Of a DNA stretch of 64,000 nt, positions 10,090 through 19,457 are shown piece by piece (the first letter of the stretch is position 1; each line of letters opens with the position of its first letter). This stretch comes from Alphaproteobacteria bacterium (lineage in GTDB: Bacteria; Pseudomonadota; Alphaproteobacteria; SP197): contig OZ245842.1 of assembly GCA_965228895.1 (NCBI GenBank), positions 4,256,001 to 4,320,000 on the forward strand, given 5' to 3'. The notes below the pieces were generated by a model. It did no database searches, was not told the origin of the DNA, and worked only from the letters and a program-made list of their open reading frames with translations. Position numbers and translations under genes: made by a program.

Positions 10090-10541
10090 TTGGCGCTCCC
10101 TTTTCGGACCAACAACATAAGAATGATAATGGCGCTGAAGGCGCCGAGTGACAGCACCGGCAACGGCAAGCCACCCAGAACCGTCATGTCGCCGCTAGTA
10201 CAAGAGGGTCCGGCGCCACACGGTTCAATCGCCTCAGGGACGACGCCTGCAAAGAGCAGCACATGGTAAGCGGCCATGAGCCAACCTAAGGCAGCCAACG
10301 GGAGCACATAGCGCCACGCACCGCTATCCGAGACATAGCAAGCAACCGCGAGCACCACGGCAAGAGGAAACATAAAGACCCGCTGATACCAACAGAGGAC
10401 ACAAGGCGTCTGTCCCATGACCTCGCCGACAAAGAGTGCACCGAGTGTCGAAAGCAACGCGATGAGCCATGCCGTAAACATCCAGGCTGTTAACACAGCT
10501 TGCCACGACCACTTGCCACGGCCCTCCGTACTCGTCGTCAT
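10086..10541 (-). CDS. dsbB: Disulfide bond formation protein DsbB/BdbC
   Basis: PCVLCWYQR, second Cys pair, four TM segments. Confidence 0.88.
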   Translation of the reverse strand: MTTSTEGRGKWSWQAVLTAWMFTAWLIALLSTLGALFVGEVMGQTPCVLCWYQRVFMFPLAVVLAVACYVSDSGAWRYVLPLAALGWLMAAYHVLLFAGVVPEAIEPCGAGPSCTSGDMTVLGGLPLPVLSLGAFSAIIILMLLVRKGSAK

Positions 10542-10698
10542 CGAGTTCGCATTCTTCCTTGCAGCAGCATTTGGGCAACGCATTGGAGTTTTATGCCGCT
10601 CGGCGCAAGTGCGGCGTCACCCTCTAGCCGCGCGATCGCGGTTCGGTCTGCGACATGGTCTTTCACAAGCATGCCATTCTCCTCGACAGGCATGCTCA

Positions 10699-10729
10699 CA
10701 AATACAACCTACAGCAACTGGAGGTTCAA
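10699..10729 (-). promoter_or_regulatory. MerR-type promoter of the dsbB-dsbA-sco-dsbE-tlpA operon
   Basis: TTGAAC-19 bp-TATTTG with ACCTCCAG-ttg-CTGTAGGT dyad. Confidence 0.75.
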
Positions 10730-10828
10730 GAGTTGATCCGAGCATTGTCCAGGCTGCTATGACTCACTTTGAATAGCCCCTAGATTTGTAGACGCCTTCT
10801 TCCCTAATTTTGAGGCAAGGAGGCACAG

Positions 10829-11299
10829 ATGGGTAAAGCCAATTTCAGTGAGGACTTCAAACGGGACGCGGTGGCGCAGATCACCGAGCGCGGCTATCCT
10901 GTTGCGGAGGTTTCGCAGCGTCTTGGGGTGAGCCAGCATTCGCTCTACGCCTGGAAGCGGAAGTACGCGAGGGCATCTTCGGGAGAGGCCGGGAAGGATG
11001 CCGAGATCAGGCGTCTGAAGCGCGAGCTCGCCCGCGTGACCGAGGAGCGCGACATTCTAAAAAAGCCACCGCGTATTTCGCCAGGGATGCAAAGTGAGAT
11101 TCGCGTTCATCGCCGGGCATCGCCCTGTGTTCTCGGTACGGGCGATGTGTCGCTGCCTGCGCCTTCATCCGAGCGGCTTCTATGCGTGGCTCAAGCACCC
11201 GCTGAGCAAGCGGGCACGCGAAGATGCCCGCCAGACCGCACTCATCCGGAAGGCCTGGAAGGAGAGCGGCAGGATCTACGGCTATCGCAAGCTTCATGA
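10829..11299 (+). CDS. IS3 OrfA (as read, runs past its expected stop at 11097)
   Basis: FSEDFKRDAV HTH, leucine zipper ..EERDILKK, A6G slippery site at 11059-11065. Confidence 0.85.
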   Translation: MGKANFSEDFKRDAVAQITERGYPVAEVSQRLGVSQHSLYAWKRKYARASSGEAGKDAEIRRLKRELARVTEERDILKKPPRISPGMQSEIRVHRRASPCVLGTGDVSLPAPSSERLLCVAQAPAEQAGTRRCPPDRTHPEGLEGERQDLRLSQAS

Positions 11300-11969
11300 T
11301 GATCTGCTGGACCAGGGCGAGACGTGCTGCCCGAACCGTGTGGCCCGTCTGGCCAGGTTGGCAGGCATCAAGGCCCAGATCGGTTACATGCGCCGGCCCG
11401 GCACCTATGGCGGCAAGCCATCAGTGGTGGTCGACAATACGCTGGATAGGCAGTTCGATGTGGACGCGCCCGACGGGGTCTGGGTCACCGACATCACCTA
11501 TATCAGGACGCTCGAAGGCTTCGCCTATCTGGCCGTGGTGATCGATCTGTACTCCCGCCGTGTGGTCGGCTGGTCGATGCAGAGCCGCCAGACGACCGAT
11601 GTTGTCCTGCAGGCTTTGCTCATGGCGGTGTGGCGCCGGAAGCCAAAGCACAAGGTGCTCGTCCACTCCGACCAGGGCTCGCAGTTCACCAGCATGGACT
11701 GGGCGGCGTTCATCAAGGCTCACAACCTCGAGCATTCGATGAGCAGGCGCGGGAACTGCCATGACAACGCCGTGGCCGAGAGCTTCTTCAACCTGCTGAA
11801 GCGCGAGCGGATAAGACGCCGGACCTACAAGACCCGCGCCGAGGCAAGGCAGGATGTGTTCGACTACATCGAGATGTTCTACAATCCCAAGCGCAAACAC
11901 GTGAGAAACGGGATGCTGTCGCCCGTCCAGTTCGAACGCCAGCAGAAAACCAAGACCGAAGGCGTCTAG
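11094..11969 (+). CDS. IS3 OrfB DDE transposase
   Basis: WVTDITY, HSDQGSQF, DNAVAESFF. Confidence 0.93.
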   Translation: MRFAFIAGHRPVFSVRAMCRCLRLHPSGFYAWLKHPLSKRAREDARQTALIRKAWKESGRIYGYRKLHDDLLDQGETCCPNRVARLARLAGIKAQIGYMRRPGTYGGKPSVVVDNTLDRQFDVDAPDGVWVTDITYIRTLEGFAYLAVVIDLYSRRVVGWSMQSRQTTDVVLQALLMAVWRRKPKHKVLVHSDQGSQFTSMDWAAFIKAHNLEHSMSRRGNCHDNAVAESFFNLLKRERIRRRTYKTRAEARQDVFDYIEMFYNPKRKHVRNGMLSPVQFERQQKTKTEGV

Positions 11970-12073
11970 AAAACGCGGGGCTATTCAATCCGACCGATGA
12001 GATCTCCGCTTTGAGCGTTGACGCCGACGTCGTTCCTAGCTCCGTAGATGTTCGCTTTTGGCCGTGAGCCGAC

Positions 12074-12526
12074 TCAGTGTGCCTGAGACGTTCCTTGATT
12101 TTCTGCAGGATCGCGTAGCGGTGAGTTATCCGCCAGAGCCTCGACGATCTGGCAATGCTCCACTCGACCGCCGCGGCAGGCCTTGATCATGCGCACAAGT
12201 TCGCCTTTCAGTGCAGTGAGCCGGGCAATACGTTGGTTCACGGAGTAGAGGTGCGTCCGAGCAATCTCGGTGACGGCCTCGCAGGACCTGTCTGGATGTT
12301 CCGTTAGCTCCAAGAGCTCTCGAATAACGGCCTGCGAAAACCCGAGATCCCGACAGTGTTGAACGAAGTTGAGCCGGGCCAGGTGAGCGGAGCCGTAGAG
12401 CCGTGTATTGCCAGGCGAACGTCCGGGCGCTGGCATAAGACCGATCTGTTCGTAGTAACGGATTGTGGCGACCTTACAGCCAGTTTCTCTGGCGAGGTGG
12501 CCGATTGTGAACTCTGTCACTGCCAT
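12074..12526 (-). CDS. MerR-family metal-responsive regulator
   Basis: FTIGHLARETGCKVATIRYYE; SC...C-x7-C. Confidence 0.9.
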   Translation of the reverse strand: MAVTEFTIGHLARETGCKVATIRYYEQIGLMPAPGRSPGNTRLYGSAHLARLNFVQHCRDLGFSQAVIRELLELTEHPDRSCEAVTEIARTHLYSVNQRIARLTALKGELVRMIKACRGGRVEHCQIVEALADNSPLRDPAENQGTSQAH

Positions 12527-12537
12527 CGAATTATGCC

Positions 12538-12568
12538 TTGAATCTCTAGTTACTATAGATCGTAGATT
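12538..12568 (+). promoter_or_regulatory. MerR-type promoter of the CDF operon
   Basis: TTGAAT-19 bp-TAGATT with TCTCTAG-tta-CTATAGA dyad. Confidence 0.85.
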
Positions 12569-12619
12569 GCTGACGACGGATACACAAGGTTCCGAAACGG
12601 CAAGAAGGATTCTGGCAGT

Positions 12620-13276
12620 ATGGCCGGTTGCGGCTGCGGTGAAGAATTGGGTTTTGACGGCCTCTCAGCGTCGTACAAACGTGTGCTCTGGGTGGTCATC
12701 GCCATTAACGGGACGATGTTTGCGGCCGAGATTGCTGCGGGCGTCTTCGCGGGTTCGCAGGCCCTCAAGGCCGATGCACTCGACTTCCTGGGCGACACCG
12801 CGACCTATGCAATTACGCTGTTTGTCATTGGCATGCCGCTTGTGTGGCGTGCCCGCGCTGCGCTCTTCAAGGGACTAACCCTTGGCGCAATGGGCCTGTG
12901 GGTGTTGGGTTCAACGATCTATCACGTTGCTGTTCTCGACCTTCCGAAGGCAGAGGTGATGGGTGTTGTTGGATTCCTGGCATTGGCGGCCAATCTCACC
13001 AGCGTCCTGCTCTTACTCAAGTTTCGGAACGGCGACTCTAATGTTCGCTCCGTCTGGCTTTGCAGTCGCAATGACGCCATCGGCAACGTGGCCGTCGTTC
13101 TTGCGGCAAGTGGCGTGTGGGCAACCAATACCGCGTGGCCGGATCTGACAGTTGCCGGCATCATGGCGAGCTTGTTTCTGTGGTCTTCCGTCCGGATCGT
13201 CCGCCATGCTCGCTTTGAGTTGCGCCATGCCAATGAAGTTCCGGCGGAGTCGACGACTATGGGAGTGAGGCCATGA
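12620..13276 (+). CDS. CDF-family cation transporter lacking the C-terminal domain
   Basis: SQALKADALDFLGD, WLCSRNDAIGN, WPD. Confidence 0.88.
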   Translation: MAGCGCGEELGFDGLSASYKRVLWVVIAINGTMFAAEIAAGVFAGSQALKADALDFLGDTATYAITLFVIGMPLVWRARAALFKGLTLGAMGLWVLGSTIYHVAVLDLPKAEVMGVVGFLALAANLTSVLLLLKFRNGDSNVRSVWLCSRNDAIGNVAVVLAASGVWATNTAWPDLTVAGIMASLFLWSSVRIVRHARFELRHANEVPAESTTMGVRP

Positions 13277-13859
13277 GAACAGGAAGAATGAAATCTAGTT
13301 TTGTTTTAGCCGGCGTTCTTGCGCTTGCTGTTGCAGTCGCTGCCCTATTTGATCTCAGCAAGGCCACCGCTCAATCATCCGACACTCAAACACCCCCGTG
13401 CTGTTCGGACATGTGGGGCCCTTTTGGATGCAGCGCGATATGTGGGGCTCCGATCAGATGGGTCCCGGCATGAACCAGAGGATGGAGCACCATTGGACCT
13501 TCATGCATCAAGGCATCCCCACTGACTATCGTGGAGCCGGCAAACCCCTTTCACCGGATGCCAAGACGATCAATGCAGGTCGCACCCTCTATGCGGAGAA
13601 CTGCGCTTCCTGTCATGGCGCATCGGGCATGGGCGGCGGCGAAGCGGGACGTTCACTCAATCCCTCTCCAGCCCTGCTCGCCTACATGATCCAAATGCCA
13701 ATGGCTGTTGACGAGTATCTCTTGTGGACAATCTCTAGTGGTGGCGAAGCATTCGTAACCGACATGCCCCCGTTCAAGGACGGGCTCACCACCGAAGAAA
13801 TTTGAACGATCGTTACCTACATGCGTGCCGGGTTTCCCAGTGAATCGACGAAACAATGA
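13273..13859 (+). pseudogene. Periplasmic c-type cytochrome with a frameshift and an internal stop
   Basis: Signal peptide in one frame, CASCH in the next (T-run near 13422 one base short); TGA at 13803 where TGG is expected, frame continues TIVTYMRAGFP to 13859. Confidence 0.75.
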
Positions 13860-14209
13860 GGATTGCACCAATGAAAATGCTAATCCGTTTGGTTATCACA
13901 GTGCTTGGCTTTGTCTTTGTTACCTCTACCGCATTGTCACAACAGGTCCAGAACAGCCCTTATGGACCGGACATGTGGCATGGCGGATGGTCGGGATGGT
14001 TCATGGGTCCGTTCATGATGATCATCATCTTGGTCGTGGCGGTTGTCGTGATCGTCTTGATCGTACGCTTTCTCGGTGGCGCTGGTCACAGCGGCACACC
14101 GCATGTCCCGCCGGGCAGGACGGCCCTTGATATTCTGAAGGAGCGGTATGCACGCGGTGAGATTGACAAAGCCGAGTTCGAGGAGCGGCGGCGGGTGATC
14201 GGTGATTAA
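13856..14209 (+). CDS. SHOCT domain membrane protein
   Basis: ALDILKERYARGEIDKAEFEERR, Met/Gly-rich segment plus TM. Confidence 0.85.
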   Translation: MRIAPMKMLIRLVITVLGFVFVTSTALSQQVQNSPYGPDMWHGGWSGWFMGPFMMIIILVVAVVVIVLIVRFLGGAGHSGTPHVPPGRTALDILKERYARGEIDKAEFEERRRVIGD

Positions 14210-14218
14210 CGGTCTTCG

Positions 14219-14755
14219 TTGAAGACGGTTGTGCACACGTCATGGTTCGGAAGACGCCGCACGCTCCGGCGTCTCACGATGGCTGGCTCGTTAAGTGCTG
14301 GAATCGTTGCGGTCGATCTGGGCACCAAGTGGTTCGCTGAAGGCACCGTACAGGACTCTGCACAGCCTATAGCGGTCACGACATTCTTCAATCTCGTACT
14401 GCACTACAATCGGGGCGTCAGTTTCGGCTTCCTGAGTACAGAGCATCCCCTCATGCCGTATGCTTTGGGCGCAGCCGCGTTAGTTCTGATCGTGCTTGTC
14501 GGCATTTGGCTTTGGCGTACATCGAGTTCTCTGCTCGCACTTGGTCTCACCTGCATCTTCGGCGGCGCGATCAGTAACCTGTTGGATCGGATTTGGGACG
14601 GCGCCGTAACTGACTTTTTGGATTTCTACTTGCGAGCGTATCACTGGCCAGCCTTTAATTTGGCCGATGTTGCGATTACCTGCGGAGTCGTCATTAGTTT
14701 CTGCTGGTCATTTTCGTCATCGAAAGTTGGACCCGACAACCGGGTTGAGGAGTGA
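14219..14755 (+). CDS. lspA: Signal peptidase II (accessory copy)
   Basis: NRGVSFG, GAISNLLDR, GAVTDF, WPAFNLAD; start uncertain. Confidence 0.88.
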   Translation: MKTVVHTSWFGRRRTLRRLTMAGSLSAGIVAVDLGTKWFAEGTVQDSAQPIAVTTFFNLVLHYNRGVSFGFLSTEHPLMPYALGAAALVLIVLVGIWLWRTSSSLLALGLTCIFGGAISNLLDRIWDGAVTDFLDFYLRAYHWPAFNLADVAITCGVVISFCWSFSSSKVGPDNRVEE

Positions 14756-14969
14756 AGGATCATGCCATGCGAACCTGCTTCCCTCTACGTAGAGAAGATG
14801 GTGCGCGTCTCTCGCGTTGACGATCGTTCCGGCCCCTGACTTATGGCCGCTTCGGGTTGATAGTGGATCTGAACGCTAGTAATCCAGGAGGCCCGCTTCC
14901 AGCTATGAAGCAGACGGGCATCGTCAACTTAACCGGCCGAAATCATGTACGACCTGGATCGTCGCCCGA

Positions 14970-15150
14970 TCAGACGGCCGAAGAAGCACCAGTCCATAGA
15001 ACGAACGAGCCGCTGCCAAGGTCTTTGTAACTGGCTCGGTTGAGCAGATGACACTGGTGGTAAAAGGTTTTGTAGGTAGCGGCGTAGACCGCAAGGAAAC
15101 GTTGTGCGAATCCTGACCGAAACCACGCTTGTCGCTCTCCTCGTTGACGT
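14970..15150 (-). pseudogene. IS6-family transposase C-terminal remnant
   Basis: AQRFLAVYAATYKTFYHQCHLLNR resembles the IS6 tail AQRFLS.HAA.YNTF..QRHL. Confidence 0.6.
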
Positions 15151-15257
15151 ACTACATCATGCTGAAATATTGCCATGACCAAACTACTTGAACTAGCGCT
15201 AAATACCAAGTGCCAACACGGCAACAAGCAACGCGTCGTCTAATAGGCTTCCTCAGT

Positions 15258-15857
15258 CTAATCAGAAGGATCAACTTGTTTCTCGGCATGAGAACCGCCC
15301 TCGACGACGACAGGACAAACGAGTGGCTCGCCTATTTTCTTCGCAGCAAACAGGACTGAGAAGCCGAGCATGCCGACCCCCAACATGCCAAACTCTTGGC
15401 CGTCGAATGGCAAAATGGAAACCAGCCCGGCGGCGCCCACCAAAGAGAGTACAGGGCTGAGGACGAACGTGCCGCACGCAGCACAGCCGATACCAAGAAA
15501 GCCGCTTACAAGTCCACCAAGTCCTGCTGCGGCACCCGCTTGGCCCGTCTGAGTGTTCAATCGTCTTCGCTGGTTCACATAGTACGTCACCATCGCAACG
15601 TTCATTCCAAACAAGACAGCGATTGCGGTCGTATACAAGCCAGAAAAGAACGTAAAATTAGTCGTGATCGACCCAACCAGACTCGTGAGAATTTTGGCCT
15701 TGTCGAGCAGGGGTATCGAAGATGAGACAGTGATCTGCCAAACAAGTTCCAAGTTCGGTAACCAGGTCGCGAGAACGAGCACGAGAATCGCAACAATTAT
15801 CGCGGGAAAAACGTAGGTCCACTCCTTGAAAACACAAATCAGCGCCTGGACAATCAT
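15258..15857 (-). CDS. Membrane protein with GIGCAACG motif
   Basis: 4-5 TM segments, intramembrane CxxC; follows dsbA in the same operon. Confidence 0.7.
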   Translation of the reverse strand: MIVQALICVFKEWTYVFPAIIVAILVLVLATWLPNLELVWQITVSSSIPLLDKAKILTSLVGSITTNFTFFSGLYTTAIAVLFGMNVAMVTYYVNQRRRLNTQTGQAGAAAGLGGLVSGFLGIGCAACGTFVLSPVLSLVGAAGLVSILPFDGQEFGMLGVGMLGFSVLFAAKKIGEPLVCPVVVEGGSHAEKQVDPSD

Positions 15858-15863
15858 CGGAAC

Positions 15864-16832
15864 TCAATTCTTTGTAAGAGCCACCTCAATGATGGATTTG
15901 AAAGTCGAAAACGGCTGGGCGCCGCTTATCGGGAGCACTTCCCCATTGGGTGCGATTACGACGATATAGGGCGTCCCGGTGCCCCCCGAAGCAATAGCGT
16001 CCTGAAAATCTGCCTCGATATGACCGGCATATTTGCCGCCGCGCATATCGCCAACAAGACATGCCTCGAACAAATCGCGGTCCAGGCCAATCTCCTCAGC
16101 GATTTCAGGCAGGAGTAATAGGTCAAGGCCGTCATTTGACGGCGTAATTTCGAATAGCCTGTCGATATACGCCCAAAAAGCGTCATTCCCGCCGAGCTCG
16201 TTGGCACATTCGCTCGCCTGTGCTTCTTTCCGCGCCTTCGCATGAAGGGAATCGAGCGGGAAATGGCGGTATACCCATGCGACTTCACCAGTCTCACCGT
16301 ACTCGGTCATAATCCGCTTCAAGGTGGGATGAAGGCTCTTGCAGAACGGACACTCGAAATCGGAGAACTCTAGCAAGATTACTGGTGCGGCAGGGTCGCC
16401 AAGAATATGGTCCTCGTCGCCAACTGGCCTGACGGCTCCAGCCGCATCTTGCCGCGTCTGATCGGCCACCTGCTGTTGTTGGGCACGAAGTTCCTGGATC
16501 GCTTCGGCAATCACCTCTGGGTGACTAAGGATGTAACTTCGTATTATCTCTTCAATAGTCTTGCTGTCTTCAAGATCGAAACTGCCGACAGCCTGGCTCT
16601 GGTGAGTTGCCATGGCTGGCAAGCTCAGCGTCAGGCCTATCGCTAGTGTGACGGCGACAACGGCCATACCTAGAAAAGCCTTCAGGTCGTTGTACATCGG
16701 CGAGACTGGATGTCGTTCGTCGTTCAACATCGGTCGTTCAACTTTCCTGGCGATTGGCTCTTTCCTCGTGATCGTCATTGGTTCGACAAACGGCCGCTTG
16801 CTAACCCGACGCCCCCGGCTAATCTTCTTCAC
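15864..16832 (-). CDS. DsbA-family (ScsC-like) protein; true start probably downstream
   Basis: IRSYILSHPEVIAEAI helix, EFSDFECPFC, GTP. Confidence 0.85.
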   Translation of the reverse strand: MKKISRGRRVSKRPFVEPMTITRKEPIARKVERPMLNDERHPVSPMYNDLKAFLGMAVVAVTLAIGLTLSLPAMATHQSQAVGSFDLEDSKTIEEIIRSYILSHPEVIAEAIQELRAQQQQVADQTRQDAAGAVRPVGDEDHILGDPAAPVILLEFSDFECPFCKSLHPTLKRIMTEYGETGEVAWVYRHFPLDSLHAKARKEAQASECANELGGNDAFWAYIDRLFEITPSNDGLDLLLLPEIAEEIGLDRDLFEACLVGDMRGGKYAGHIEADFQDAIASGGTGTPYIVVIAPNGEVLPISGAQPFSTFKSIIEVALTKN

Positions 16833-17175
16833 GAGATTTTGTGTCTACAACCGTTGCCGATCTTTCTTTGGCCTTCGGATTGTCGGACGAGCAGGACTTC
16901 CCTCCTCCCTTCATGCAGAGACCTAGCGCGCACATCACGGCACAGGGCGCCAAGGTCAAGAGGATCGGCGCAATCCCAATTGCGACCAGCCAGCCCCAGT
17001 TGAGAGCAGCACCAGCTCCCAAGGTTACCACGGCCGATAAGATCAGGCCTCGGCGTCCGCCCAAGTACGGACGAACCCGGTTAGTCGCGTGCCGTGCGTA
17101 ATATCGAACAAGCTCAATCGCATCCTTGGTTAACGACGTCTCAGATGCCTTCGTTGTTTCGTTTGATGTGCTCAT
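16819..17175 (-). CDS. Small Cys-rich membrane protein
   Basis: NWGWLVAIGIAP..LAPCAVMCALGLCM..SC; first gene after the CueR-like promoter. Confidence 0.75.
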   Translation of the reverse strand: MSTSNETTKASETSLTKDAIELVRYYARHATNRVRPYLGGRRGLILSAVVTLGAGAALNWGWLVAIGIAPILLTLAPCAVMCALGLCMKGGGKSCSSDNPKAKERSATVVDTKSREED

Positions 17176-17203
17176 CGTTCACCTCGTGCGATTGTGTTGA
17201 CTG

Positions 17204-17234
17204 TGTATAAGGCTTTCACCTGCTGGAAGGTCAA
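17204..17234 (-). promoter_or_regulatory. CueR-like promoter/operator
   Basis: TTGACC-19 bp-TATACA; ACCTTCC-N7-GAAAGCC resembles the CueR box ACCTTCC-N7-GGAAGGT. Confidence 0.75.
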
Positions 17235-17281
17235 ACACCATCGGATTTTCGTTGGTTTGTGTCAGAGTAAACATTCTGCAA

Positions 17282-18022
17282 CTAGCCGATGTTGCCTAGC
17301 ACAGGGAACATATCGAGCAGCCAGTAGGAAAATGCGGAAAGCTGGTCGGTAATCATGGCGATGCCCATAACGATCATGATCACACCGGCTGCAATTTGAA
17401 GCAGACGACCTGCGCGACCGAACAACTTGAGACGAGCGGCGAGACCGTCAGTGAATGCAGCTGCAAGCAGGAACGGTACGCCGAGCCCGATTGAGTAGAC
17501 AGCGAGCAGCATCACGCCGTCGGCCACTGTGACCGACGTAGCGCTGACCGTCAGAATGGCACCTAGGACCGGCCCGATGCAGGGCGTCCAGCCAAACGCG
17601 AATGCCAGCCCCAGAAAGTATGCGCCAAGGGGTCGGCCGCCAGGAATTCTTGCGTGAAAACGGACATCGCGTTGAAGCCAAGGCAGCCTCAACATTCCAA
17701 GCATGAACAATCCGAACACAATGATGATCGCCCCGCCGACGATGTTCGTTTCGTAGCGATAACGTAAAAGCAATTGACCGAGGGCGGTGGCACTCGCCCC
17801 GAGAGCGACGAACACAGTGCTGAATCCGAGAACAAACAAGAGACTCAAGGACAACGCTGGCAGCCTGGCCGCTGGACCTCGCGGCTTCTGCGCGCCATGC
17901 AGAGTTTGACCGGCCACGTAGGAAACATAACCAGGCACCAATGGTAGTACGCAGGGCGATAGGAAGGAGATCGTACCCGCGGCGAAGGCTGTTAGGACGC
18001 CTATACTTGATAGTTCAAGCAT
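17282..18022 (-). CDS. ccdA: Cytochrome c biogenesis protein CcdA
   Basis: SFLSPCVLPLVP, GWTPCIGPVL. Confidence 0.92.
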   Translation of the reverse strand: MLELSSIGVLTAFAAGTISFLSPCVLPLVPGYVSYVAGQTLHGAQKPRGPAARLPALSLSLLFVLGFSTVFVALGASATALGQLLLRYRYETNIVGGAIIIVFGLFMLGMLRLPWLQRDVRFHARIPGGRPLGAYFLGLAFAFGWTPCIGPVLGAILTVSATSVTVADGVMLLAVYSIGLGVPFLLAAAFTDGLAARLKLFGRAGRLLQIAAGVIMIVMGIAMITDQLSAFSYWLLDMFPVLGNIG

Positions 18023-18227
18023 GTGTTCTCACAGGGCGGCCTCAGTCGACCACTCAAGATGAATAGACATCTCATCGCCAAGTCCGTAGGTGGCAGCCAT
18101 TGACGCACCGGCATGCAATCGATGGCCAGCCGACGAGTGGCGAGTTCTGACACTCTTGTCTTAACAATGCCATTCAGACACATCATATGATCTGCCTCCG
18201 TCTCAGCCGCTTCGACGACATGTTTGG

Positions 18228-18929
18228 TTACCATCCAAACAGACTAAGGAGTTCGTTCCAGAAGCCCTGTTCACTGTGACCGTGAGGGGCGCCGGCATTC
18301 GTAAGACCATTGATAAACAGAACCAGATTAGTTGGCTCAAATCGGAGGCCATGGAAGTTTCCGCGCCATCGTCCCTGACTGTCGATAACATGTGTCACCA
18401 CTCCGTGAACCTGATAGCCGTCCTCGGTCAGTGTGAAAGTGTGTCCGAAGCTTTCGGCGAGTGTCCGGGTGATGTCCTCCGGTTGGTCCGGCGTCTTCGT
18501 GAGGAAGATCCAGTTGGCGGAGTCGAGTCCGTGTGCCCGACCGTAGTCACTCAGCACCTCGGGCGTATCATTCTCGGGGTCCGTTGTGATGGTAATGAAC
18601 TGGACCAGCTCCTTCATCGGCGTCTGGTTGACCATCTCTTGTACTTCGGCGATGCGCTCGGCATGAAGCGGGCAGACATCGGGGCAGCCGGCGTAGATGA
18701 AATTGAGCACAACGACTTTGCCTAGGAAATCCGAGAGCCGAACAGGTTCCCCATCGGTCGACTGCAAAGAGAAGTCCGGTGACTCGCGGTCGAGCGGCTG
18801 GAAGAACTCCTCTTTGTCACCTAGCATTGCCTCGAGATCGTCAAGCGAATGCGCCGAGGCCGACGTTACGCTTGCGACAGCGAAGGCCAGTACCGCAAGG
18901 GCCGCAAGAGCCTGTCTCATCGAAGACAA
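18228..18929 (-). CDS. SCO family protein
   Basis: FIYAGCPDVCP, ITTDPENDTP, HGVVTHVID. Confidence 0.88.
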   Translation of the reverse strand: MSSMRQALAALAVLAFAVASVTSASAHSLDDLEAMLGDKEEFFQPLDRESPDFSLQSTDGEPVRLSDFLGKVVVLNFIYAGCPDVCPLHAERIAEVQEMVNQTPMKELVQFITITTDPENDTPEVLSDYGRAHGLDSANWIFLTKTPDQPEDITRTLAESFGHTFTLTEDGYQVHGVVTHVIDSQGRWRGNFHGLRFEPTNLVLFINGLTNAGAPHGHSEQGFWNELLSLFGW

Positions 18930-18993
18930 CTTCGGGGCGAAAGCGTGAGGGGCCGGCCGGAGGCACGCACCTCCGGCCTGACCTTCCTAAGTA

Positions 18994-19266
18994 TCACCCC
19001 TCGTTCTCAACCGACAAATCTTGCTTCTCCTGCGTCTTCGTCCCGTGGTCGGCCATGTCCTGCATCATTTCGTTACAGGTCGTCATCATGTCACTCATCT
19101 GCTGCATCATGCCCATCATGTCCATCATTTCGCCCTGGCCGCTCTGCATCACGTCGCTGGGCGCTTCGGAATCGGGGGTATCGGCATAGGCGTAGAGAGC
19201 CGACCCAGCCATAAAGACGGTAAGGACTGCCGTAACGGTCATGATCTTCTTCAGAGGCTTGCGCAT
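18994..19266 (-). CDS. Small Met-rich periplasmic protein
   Basis: Signal peptide MRKPLKK..; MMDMMGMMQQMSDMMTTCNEMM. Confidence 0.75.
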   Translation of the reverse strand: MRKPLKKIMTVTAVLTVFMAGSALYAYADTPDSEAPSDVMQSGQGEMMDMMGMMQQMSDMMTTCNEMMQDMADHGTKTQEKQDLSVENEG

Positions 19267-19457
19267 AATTTGGTTTCCTTTCGTTTGCCGTGCCAGTGCG
19301 GTGTCACACTGGGAGCGACGGCACTCATCTCGCCCAGTCATATGTCTGCGCCACCTCACAACGTTGGTCTCAAGAAGCTTGGTGTTTTCGGGTGCAGGAA
19401 CGTTAAAGGTCAATCGTGTGGTCCTCATGCCAACTTGTGCTTCTGTTTCGAAAACGT

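Larger units (their letters stand above)
10770..11987 (+). mobile_element. IS3-family element, copy 1 (1218 bp)
   Basis: TG...CA ends, inverted repeats TGAATAGCCCC.../...GGGGCTATTCA; no target-site duplication. Confidence 0.95.

Noticed and set aside
13803-13805. TGA as selenocysteine or programmed readthrough
   Set aside because: The position fits Trp (TGG>TGA) and the gene also has a frameshift
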